Shown here: piece by piece, positions 9,602 through 16,807 of the stretch
Numbering within the stretch: the first letter of the stretch is position 1
How the letters are laid out: each line of letters begins with the position of its first letter
Assembly (NCBI GenBank): GCA_038208905.1
Contig: JBBQYG010000062.1
Span: 1 to 19,348 of the forward strand
Direction of reading: 5' to 3'
Origin: Candidatus Sumerlaeia bacterium
GTDB taxonomy: Bacteria; Sumerlaeota; Sumerlaeia; SLMS01
Length of the DNA: 19,348 nucleotides
Position numbers and translations under genes: made by a program
The notes under the pieces: generated by a model
The model's database searches: none
What the model was told of the DNA's origin: nothing
Seen by the model: only the letters and a program-made list of their open reading frames with translations

Positions 9602-9874
9602 CTACTTCCCCTTCTTCGGCGCCGCCTTCTTGGCCTTCGTCTGCGCCATAGCCGATCCCGCCGCGCTCTTGGAGTCCTTGCTGGTGCGCCCATCGCGCAG
9701 AACCTTGGAGGCCGCCGTCGCCGCCTTCTTGCCGGTGGTCTCCTGGGGGGAGGACTTCTGTGTGAGGGCGCTGGCCGCCGCCGTCTTGGAGGCCTTGCCG
9801 GTGTCCTTGGAGGAGAGAACCTTGGACGCGCTGGTTGCGGCCTTTGTACCCGTCTGCTTCTTCGCTGCCGCCAT
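9602..9874 (-). CDS. Small basic Lys/Ala/Ser-rich protein with two ~32-aa repeats (copy B, 90 aa), function unknown
   Basis: MAAAKKQTGTKAATSASKVLSSKDTGKASKTAAASALTQ...TGKKAATAASKVLRDGRTSKDSKSAAGSAMAQTKAKKAAPKKGK. AAAAGG upstream; GC3-rich codon use. Confidence 0.8.
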   Translation of the reverse strand: MAAAKKQTGTKAATSASKVLSSKDTGKASKTAAASALTQKSSPQETTGKKAATAASKVLRDGRTSKDSKSAAGSAMAQTKAKKAAPKKGK

Positions 9875-10002
9875 GGTGTCGACCGCCTTTTCGAGGGAGC
9901 ACTGGCGCATGGGTCAACTGCTTTGATCGCGCCGAGTTGCTGCGAACCTTATCTGCCGAAGGGCTGGAGGTTACAATGGAGAAGTCATCGACGGAATAAA
10001 CT

Positions 10003-10557
10003 TCATGGGCAGCCCACCGCCCGCTCCGCGAACCACAAACCCCCAAAGATCTTCGGATCAACCATCGCCCCATCCGTCTGCTTCTGGGCCAGCCACCCGG
10101 GGACGTCGGGGAGATGGATCTCGTGGAGGACGATGTCCTCGCCGTCCACCCCCCCGCCGGGGCCGGAGCGGGTCAGTTCGCGCGCAAGGACGAGCACGAC
10201 GTACTCGCTGCTGAGCCCCGGCGATGGCGGCCCGTGGGCCACGATCTCCATGCGGGCCGCGTCGTACCCGGTTTCCTCCAGCAGCTCGCGACGCGCCGCG
10301 TCGAGCACCGATTCCTCCCGCGTGTCCTCAAGGTCACCAACGAGGCCAGCAGGGAGCTCGATGCAGCGGGCGCCGATGGGGGGACGGGTCTGCTCCACCA
10401 GGAGGAGCTTCCCTTCCGGCGTCACGGCGATGATCACGGCGGCGAGCGGCGAGTGGGCGCGTTCGAGGTACTCCCACCCGGAGGGCGTCCGCATGAGGCT
10501 GACAAAGCGGCCCTTGGCGAGGACGGTGGCTCCGGGGATTGGGCGGGGGATGTTCAT
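10003..10557 (-). CDS. Nudix hydrolase (ADP-ribose pyrophosphatase-like)
   Basis: LLVEQTRPPIG..CIELPAGLVGD...AARRELLEETGY (Nudix box), SPGLSSE. Confidence 0.9.
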   Translation of the reverse strand: MNIPRPIPGATVLAKGRFVSLMRTPSGWEYLERAHSPLAAVIIAVTPEGKLLLVEQTRPPIGARCIELPAGLVGDLEDTREESVLDAARRELLEETGYDAARMEIVAHGPPSPGLSSEYVVLVLARELTRSGPGGGVDGEDIVLHEIHLPDVPGWLAQKQTDGAMVDPKIFGGLWFAERAVGCP

Positions 10558-10566
10558 GGGGGAGGA

Positions 10567-10956
10567 TCAGTCTTCCACTGGCGGAATTGGAGTTTCGCCG
10601 TGCTTCTCAACAAGCGCGATCAACCCGGCGAGGGACTCCAGAAGCGGTGGCAACTCTGAATCGAGGATCGATTGCACCTTGTCCAGCCTCACTCCCCCGT
10701 ATCCATGAACCAAGTGGTGACGGAATCCTGAGATCAGGGCCCAGGGGATTTCAGGCGCGAGCGCACGAACAGCGCCGGGGGCTTTTGTTGCTGCCTCGCC
10801 GGCTACTTGCAGTGGATAGGGAATCGAAAAGCGGTAGGGTTCGTCGTCGGCGAGGTCCTTGAGACTCTTGCCGTGGGAGTGCGCCTTCGCCTTTCCCGCA
10901 TCGTCGCGCATGTCTTCCGAATACTGCAAGACATCGGCACAGGTTCTCGGCTTCAT
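10567..10956 (-). CDS. HEPN (DUF86/HepT-like) ribonuclease toxin
   Basis: GEAA...PEIPWALISGFRHHLVHGY (R-x4-H-x-Y motif)...ELP.L; ATGA overlap with the MNT gene. Confidence 0.85.
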   Translation of the reverse strand: MKPRTCADVLQYSEDMRDDAGKAKAHSHGKSLKDLADDEPYRFSIPYPLQVAGEAATKAPGAVRALAPEIPWALISGFRHHLVHGYGGVRLDKVQSILDSELPPLLESLAGLIALVEKHGETPIPPVED

Positions 10957-11246
10957 ACCGCGATGGCTTCGCGCTCGATACGCTGGCGAATGCGGAAACC
11001 GAGCAGGTCGCGATCCACGATATCAACGCGGGCGCCCAAGGCGCTGGAGAGTTCTTCCTCCAGGGCGACATGCTCCCGATAGGTTATGGAGCCGGTGAAC
11101 TCGACCGCCAAGTCAATGTCGCTGGATTCGATCTGCTCGCCCGGGCTGTAGGAGCCGAAAAGCTCGACTCCCGCGATCCTGTACTTCCGCCTGAGTACCG
11201 GTAGCAGTGTGGCGAGGATCGTTAGGGCTTCTTCGCGGGTCTTCAT
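10953..11246 (-). CDS. Minimal nucleotidyltransferase (MntA-like antitoxin)
   Basis: LFGSYSPGEQIESSDIDLAVEF (GS-x10-DxD) ... LG.RVDIV; 97 aa. Confidence 0.88.
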   Translation of the reverse strand: MKTREEALTILATLLPVLRRKYRIAGVELFGSYSPGEQIESSDIDLAVEFTGSITYREHVALEEELSSALGARVDIVDRDLLGFRIRQRIEREAIAV

Positions 11247-11426
11247 CCTGTTAGCTCCATTTCATCCCGAACAGGATCAGGCCCCAATTCGGAGATCGAT
11301 GCAACCCCAGACGCTTCTCCGCTGCGACGGCGGCGGAAGCCTTTCGGGGTTGCGCGGCGAATGGCACGGGACGATGAAGGTGGCGCCGCGGGCCCCAGGC
11401 CCGCAAGCAGGAGGTGAGGCCCCGCG

Positions 11427-11846
11427 ATGGCGCGCAGCGTTGGATGGCCCTACAAGAAGGAGTTCCAGTGTCACCGATGCGGCAACTGCTGCCGTGGCGA
11501 CGGCTATGTGGATATGACGGAGAGCGATGTTTCGCGCGCGGCCCATGCCCTCGGCATCGGCGACACGGAATTTCTGGCGACCTATGCCCATATGCGCGGG
11601 GACACGGTGGTGCTGCGCGATCAGGAGGACGATCTTCAGTCCTGCATCTTCCTGACAGTGGACGACGCAGGCCTTCACGGCTGCCGCATCCACGGGGCCA
11701 AGCCTGCCCAGTGCGCGGGGTTTCCTTTCGCGTGGCGCCCGCGCGATGCGGTGTCCTATTGTGAGGGCCTTCGCGCGCTGGAGGGCCTCCCCGCCCGCGC
11801 CCCGCGCAAGACCATGAGCGCCCGCAACACCAAGCCCGCCGAGTGA
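11427..11846 (+). CDS. YkgJ family (CxxCxxCC) cysteine-cluster protein
   Basis: FQCHRCGNCC ... CIFL ... GCRIHGAKPAQCAGFPF ... CEG. Strong GGAGGTG RBS. Confidence 0.88.
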   Translation: MARSVGWPYKKEFQCHRCGNCCRGDGYVDMTESDVSRAAHALGIGDTEFLATYAHMRGDTVVLRDQEDDLQSCIFLTVDDAGLHGCRIHGAKPAQCAGFPFAWRPRDAVSYCEGLRALEGLPARAPRKTMSARNTKPAE

Positions 11847-11856
11847 TCCCAGCCAG

Positions 11857-13395
11857 ATGAAACTCGTTACCGCCGCACAGATGCGTGAAATCGACCGCCG
11901 ATCCATCGAGGAGCGCGGGATTCCCGCGTTGCGCCTGATGGACGCCGCGGGCCGCGCCATCGCGATGGACGTGTGCGATCATTTCGAGACCGGGTCCGTC
12001 GCGATCCTCTGCGGCAAGGGGAACAACGGCGGAGACGGTTTCGTGGCGGCGCTCTACCTCGCCAACGCCGCGTGGCGGGTCTCGGTGATCCCGATTGAAG
12101 AGCCGACAGCAGGCCCGGCGCGTGATGCGTTGGTGCGACTCGCCGGGATCGACGGGGTCACACTTTTCCCCGTGGCCGAGATCGGTAACCTCTCGGAATT
12201 CATCGCCAGCCACGACGTCGCGGTGGACGCGCTCCTCGGCACGGGGACAACCGGGGCGCCCCGCGCGCCCTATGACGCGGCGATTCGCGATCTCAATGCG
12301 GCGCGGATACCGGTGTTCTCCGCGGATATTCCCAGCGGGCTCCATCCAGATACTGGCGACGCGGAGAACGCCGTCCGCGCCTATCGCACGATCACGATGG
12401 GACTTCCCAAGCTCGGCATGGTGTCGGGCAATGGGCCGGATGCCTGTGGCGGGGTGCGCGTGGAGCCACTGGAATTCCCACGTGATTTGCTCGATGACAT
12501 AGAGTCGCAGAATCACACGCTCACTGCGGGCGACGCCGCGGCGCTGCTCCCCGCGCGACCGGCCAGCGGACACAAGGGAACCTTTGGGCTCGTCACCGTC
12601 ATCGCGGGCTCCGCCGCAATGCCCGGCGCGGCAGTGCTCTGCGGGATCGGCGCGCTGCGCGGCGGATGCGGCCTTGTGCGGATGGTGTGCCCCGGCGATG
12701 TGAGGCCCATCGCGGCGGCGGCGCTGCCAGAGGCGCTCCACAGCCTTGCCTGTCATCACCGCCACCACCTCGCCCATCTCGACGCAGAGGGGATCGAGGA
12801 TATCTTCGTCGGCAGCGACGCCCTCGTGATCGGCCCCGGACTCGGCAAGGGTCACGAAACTCACGTCGCGCTCGCGCTGCTGCTCGCAAATCATGACCTG
12901 CCGATGGTCCTCGATGCCGACGCGCTCAACATGCTCGCGTCGGATTCGTCGCTTCAAAAGCTGCTCGGCCCGCGCCACGTCCTCACGCCCCACCCCGGCG
13001 AGCTGGCCCGCCTCCTCGGCAAGTCAATCGCGCAGATTCAGTCGAACCGATGGGCCTCCGCGAGGGAGGCCGCCACGCGCCTCGGCGCCATCGTGCTCCT
13101 CAAGGGTCGCGGCACCATCGTCGCTGAGCCCAGCGGCATCGCTACACACGTGGGCTCGGGAAACACGGCGCTCGCGCGCGGCGGAGCGGGGGACCTCCTC
13201 GCTGGCCTGATCGGCAGCCTCTTGGCCCAGGGCGCTCCGCCCGCCGACGCGGCAAAGCTCGGCGCCTTCGTTCATGGGCTTGCGGCGGACGTGCTCGCGC
13301 GCGAAGTCTCTCCGCGCGGCATCACGATCCGCGACGTCGCGGACCGCATCCCCGCCGCCTTCCGCGAGCTTGAAAGGACACCACCACCCGCATGA
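11857..13395 (+). CDS. nnr: Bifunctional NAD(P)H-hydrate epimerase/dehydratase (YjeF/Nnr)
   Basis: LMDAAG, CGKGNNGGDG, VDALLGTG, DIPSG, HKGTFG, IGPGLG, LDADAL, LTPHPGELARL, LLKG, LARGGAGDLLAG. Confidence 0.95.
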   Translation: MKLVTAAQMREIDRRSIEERGIPALRLMDAAGRAIAMDVCDHFETGSVAILCGKGNNGGDGFVAALYLANAAWRVSVIPIEEPTAGPARDALVRLAGIDGVTLFPVAEIGNLSEFIASHDVAVDALLGTGTTGAPRAPYDAAIRDLNAARIPVFSADIPSGLHPDTGDAENAVRAYRTITMGLPKLGMVSGNGPDACGGVRVEPLEFPRDLLDDIESQNHTLTAGDAAALLPARPASGHKGTFGLVTVIAGSAAMPGAAVLCGIGALRGGCGLVRMVCPGDVRPIAAAALPEALHSLACHHRHHLAHLDAEGIEDIFVGSDALVIGPGLGKGHETHVALALLLANHDLPMVLDADALNMLASDSSLQKLLGPRHVLTPHPGELARLLGKSIAQIQSNRWASAREAATRLGAIVLLKGRGTIVAEPSGIATHVGSGNTALARGGAGDLLAGLIGSLLAQGAPPADAAKLGAFVHGLAADVLAREVSPRGITIRDVADRIPAAFRELERTPPPA

Positions 13396-14093
13396 GCGGC
13401 AGCAAAACCACCAACGGCGAACCGATCCTGATCGCGAAGGGCGTGCAGAAGGAATACCTCGACGGGGAGCGCCGCCTCACGGTGCTAACCGGCGTGGACA
13501 TCTCGATCCGCGGGGGCGAATTCGTCTCGATCATCGGCCAGAGCGGCAGCGGCAAATCGACCCTCATGCACATCCTGGGCGCGCTCGACCGCCAGAGCGC
13601 CGGGACCGTTTCGCTCGGCGGACAAGACTACGCCAAGATGAGCGACCGCCAACTCGCGCGCCTGCGCTCGCGCCAGATCGGCTTCGTCTATCAGTTCCAC
13701 CATTTGCTGCCGGAATTCACCGCGCTAGAGAACGTCATGATGCCCGGCATGATCTCCGGCGAGCCCACCGCCGAGGCCGCGGGCCGCGCCGAGGAAATGC
13801 TCCGCCGCGTCGGCCTCGGCCAGCGCCTCGACCATCGTCCCGCCAAGCTCTCCGGCGGAGAGCAACAGCGCGTCGCCCTCGCCCGCGCCCTCATCAACAA
13901 CCCCACCCTCGTCCTCGCCGACGAGCCCACGGGCAATCTGGACACGAAGACCAGCGCCGAGGTCCTCGAATTCATGATCTCCATCACCAGCGCCGCCGGC
14001 AAATCCCTCGTCATGGTCACCCATGACGAGGCTATCGCCAAACGCGCCGACCGCCAGTTCACCCTGACGGCGGGGCAGTTGGCGGAGCGATAG
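13392..14093 (+). CDS. lolD: ABC transporter ATP-binding protein, LolD-like
   Basis: GQSGSGKSTLMHILGALD, IGFVYQFHHLLPEFTALENVMMP, LSGGEQQRVALARAL, LADEPTGNLD, VTHD. ATGA overlap with nnr. Confidence 0.8.
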   Translation: MSGSKTTNGEPILIAKGVQKEYLDGERRLTVLTGVDISIRGGEFVSIIGQSGSGKSTLMHILGALDRQSAGTVSLGGQDYAKMSDRQLARLRSRQIGFVYQFHHLLPEFTALENVMMPGMISGEPTAEAAGRAEEMLRRVGLGQRLDHRPAKLSGGEQQRVALARALINNPTLVLADEPTGNLDTKTSAEVLEFMISITSAAGKSLVMVTHDEAIAKRADRQFTLTAGQLAER

Positions 14094-14495
14094 GTAAGCA
14101 CAACAGCCCGAAGTTTCCAACTGCCAGTGATACTAGCCCGTGACATGGGAGAATCACCTCCGCTACAGGAGGGGTAGCCATTCCATGAGTCGCCCATCGG
14201 CCTTCGGCGTGGACGGCGATCCCATAGCCGTCGCCCCCCTCCAATGTTTCTTGAGCTTGTGTTTCGCGTGGCCGCGAAGTGGCGCGCATGGACGAGACTT
14301 CGCCGGCTCCCGAACTGATCTTGACGCCCCGCCTGATTGGGCATGAGCGATGATCGAGTCTTTGCTCGCCGAGGTCGCCGATCTCAGGCCGCGCCTTGCA
14401 AAGGATTCCTCCAACTGCCCCTTCCTTCCATGCTCCTCACTCTGGAATCATGCGGCCAAAAACAAGAGGCGAGCGAAAACGGTCGGCACCCTGAG

Positions 14496-14535
14496 AAGCG
14501 AAAGAGGGCACGGAGAAGTCGATCTCCGTGCCCTC
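14496..14535 (-). terminator. Intrinsic terminator of cysK
   Basis: 13-bp stem GAGGGCACGGAGA (14504-14516)/TCTCCGTGCCCTC (14523-14535), followed on the minus strand by TTTCGCTTCT. Confidence 0.75.
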
Positions 14536-14567
14536 CGCGCAGTCGGTGGCATACTCCGGCAGTTGTT

Positions 14568-15533
14568 CTAGCTGACTGCGGCGACCTGATCCTCGACGGC
14601 GCGTGCCTCATCGGCCAGGGCGGTTGAGAGGTAGCGCTCGCCGAAGGAGCAACCGATTGTGACGATCATCTTGCCCTTGTTCTCCGGGCGGGCGGCGACG
14701 CGGAGCGCGGCGGAGATATTGCCGCCGGTGGAGATACCGCCAAGCAGGCCCTCCTCGCGCGCGACGCGGCGGGCCATGACGAAGGCCTCCTCGTTGGAAA
14801 TCTTAATGACCTCGTCGATGATGTCCTTGTTGAGGTTCCCGGGAATGAATCCTGCCCCGATTCCCTGAATCTTGTGGGGGCCGGGCGGGCCGCCGCTGAT
14901 GACGGCGGAATCCTCGGGCTCCACGGCGTAAACCTTGAAGCCAGGCTTGCGCCCCTTGATGACCTCGCCCACGCCGGTGATGGTCCCGCCGGTGCCGACG
15001 CCGGCCACAAAGATGTCCACCTTGCCGTCGGTGTCGTTCCAGATTTCCTCGGCGGTCGTCTTGCGGTGGATCTCGGGGTTGGCGGGATTCTCGAATTGCT
15101 GGGGCATGAAGGAGTTGGGGGCATACTGCGCCACAAGCTCCTTGGCCTTGGCGATGGCGCCGCTCATGCCCTTGGCCGCTGGCGTCAGCACCAGATCGGC
15201 GCCGAGCATCCGCAGCAAGTAGCGGCGCTCCTTGGACATGGACTCCGGCATGGTGAGGATCAGGCGATAGCCCTTGGCCGCGCAGACGAAGGCGAGCGCG
15301 ATGCCCGTGTTGCCGGAGGTCGGCTCAACGATTACGGTGTCGGGCTTGATCTTGCCGTCGCGGACGCCCGCCTCGATCATCGCAAGGCCGATGCGGTCCT
15401 TGACGCTGGCGAGCGGGTTGAAGAATTCGCACTTCACCAGAATCGTCGCGTCGATTCCCGCGTTCACCTTGTTCAGGCGGACGAGCGGCGTGTTTCCAAT
15501 CGTCTGGGTGATGTCCTCGAAAATGCGAGCCAT
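14568..15533 (-). CDS. cysK: Cysteine synthase A (O-acetylserine sulfhydrylase)
   Basis: [19 protein letters not shown] (PLP Lys), [33 protein letters not shown]. The start MARIF has GGAG upstream. Confidence 0.96.
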   Translation of the reverse strand: MARIFEDITQTIGNTPLVRLNKVNAGIDATILVKCEFFNPLASVKDRIGLAMIEAGVRDGKIKPDTVIVEPTSGNTGIALAFVCAAKGYRLILTMPESMSKERRYLLRMLGADLVLTPAAKGMSGAIAKAKELVAQYAPNSFMPQQFENPANPEIHRKTTAEEIWNDTDGKVDIFVAGVGTGGTITGVGEVIKGRKPGFKVYAVEPEDSAVISGGPPGPHKIQGIGAGFIPGNLNKDIIDEVIKISNEEAFVMARRVAREEGLLGGISTGGNISAALRVAARPENKGKMIVTIGCSFGERYLSTALADEARAVEDQVAAVS

Positions 15534-15600
15534 GGCGTCTCTCCGTGCTGGTGGAATTTGATGCGCTATCCAACGGGCGGGCACGATGGCCCGCCAATGG

Positions 15601-16716
15601 TCACTCGATCTCGTCCGTCATCTTGAAATCTTCGCCGCTGTCCTCGGGGTGGTCGGTCGGCTTGTATTCGGGAAGGATGCTTCCCCCCCCCTCGATCTGG
15701 GTGTCCTCGACCTCGTCGGGATCCTTGGCCTTGCCGGTGTAGCTGGCATACAGGAGGGCGCGCTGCTCGTCGGTGATGAGACCGCCACGGTTGCTGACCA
15801 TTCGGTTGCCCGGATGCGGGGCCGAATTGCCCACGTTGTCGCGGTTGCCGATGTTGTCGCGATTCCCATCGGAGGAACGCCCGCCGCCGCGATTGCCGCC
15901 GCCACGGTTTCCGTCGGCGCGATTGCCGACGTTGTCACGATTGCCGACATTGTCCCGGTTGCCTTGGTCGCGGTTTCCGTCGAAGGAACGTCCGCCGCCG
16001 CCACCGCCGCGATTTCCGCCACCGCCGCGGTTGCCTTCGAAGCTTCGTCCGCCGCGCGCGGGCCCGGTGGCCTCGACGACGATATGCCTCTCCTCGTCGG
16101 ACCCCTTGCTCTCGGTCTTGATGCCTTCGATTTCCTTGAGGGCCTTGTGGATGAACTTGCGCTCGCTGGGGCTCATGGGGGGAAGCGAGACGCGACGCCC
16201 CGTGCGCAGCGCGCGATCCGCCGCGCGGCGCGCCTCCTTCTCCAGGCGAACGAGTTTCTTCTCGCGGTAGGCCTCGACGTCCAGCATCACATCGGGGAAG
16301 TTCTCTTCCTGTGTCAGCAGCGCGCGCACCACCACGTGCTGGAGCGCGTCCAGCGTGGCGCCGCGCTTGCCGATGAGGATCGATGTCTCCGGGACTTCCA
16401 GCCGGACGATGATCGTGTTCTTGAGGCGTGACGCGGTTGCGGTGCTGCCGGGGATGAAGCGCGAGATCAGGCCGCTGGTCCAATCCTCGGCCACCTTGAG
16501 GTACCAGTCAAAGGCGACGCCGATCACGAAGAGCGTGACGTCGTCGGGGTTCGGCGGCTCGGCGAGGGAGTGCTTCTCTTGAAAGTCCTTCAGGTCGATC
16601 TCGTCGGGCTCGTACTCGTCGAGTATTTCCAGCGACTCGACGGGAATGCCCTTCTCCTCGGCGGCTTTGGCGAGGGCTTCCTCTTTCGTCTTTGCGAGAA
16701 TTTCCAGTTCCTTCAT
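15601..16716 (-). CDS. jag: Jag/EloR/KhpB RNA-binding protein (Jag-N, KH, R3H) with a long low-complexity tail
   Basis: AKT.EEAL..A N-domain, [14 protein letters not shown] (KH GxxG), [21 protein letters not shown] (R3H), TES.G...R. Lies directly downstream of yidC. Confidence 0.9.
   Translation of the reverse strand: MKELEILAKTKEEALAKAAEEKGIPVESLEILDEYEPDEIDLKDFQEKHSLAEPPNPDDVTLFVIGVAFDWYLKVAEDWTSGLISRFIPGSTATASRLKNTIIVRLEVPETSILIGKRGATLDALQHVVVRALLTQEENFPDVMLDVEAYREKKLVRLEKEARRAADRALRTGRRVSLPPMSPSERKFIHKALKEIEGIKTESKGSDEERHIVVEATGPARGGRSFEGNRGGGGNRGGGGGGRSFDGNRDQGNRDNVGNRDNVGNRADGNRGGGNRGGGRSSDGNRDNIGNRDNVGNSAPHPGNRMVSNRGGLITDEQRALLYASYTGKAKDPDEVEDTQIEGGGSILPEYKPTDHPEDSGEDFKMTDEIE
15790..16050 (-). 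repeat. Coding tandem repeats encoding GNR(DNV/GGG) units
   Basis: 11 GNR tripeptides, including 18-bp units encoding GNRDN(V/I). Confidence 0.85.
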
Positions 16717-16807
16717 GCGGGTGCCTTTCTGTTGGCCAATTGACGCCGCCATGATGCGGCGATGCCGGGAGTATAAGCGGAAAACGGCTGCGTGGGTGCA
16801 GCGGGGC

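Larger units (their letters stand above)
8571..9874. repeat. Direct repeat pair (~250-270 bp; 8571-8822 and 9602-9874) formed by the two small-protein genes
   Basis: Includes a 72-bp identical block (8683-8754 = 9729-9800, offset 1046) and a further ~34-bp identical block. Confidence 0.9.

Noticed and set aside
8556-9990. Recurring GAAGTC(A/G) motif at ~8563, ~9481 and ~9981
   Set aside because: Too short and variable to distinguish from chance.
11251-12993. Long alternative ORFs (580 aa here; also 9371-10708, 639-1673, 4598-5701, 7520-8473)
   Set aside because: They are antisense shadows of well-supported genes in high-GC DNA and have no recognisable motifs.
15790-16050. CRISPR-like repeat array
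   Set aside because: Units are degenerate, codon-phased and lack unique spacers; they are protein repeats within jag.
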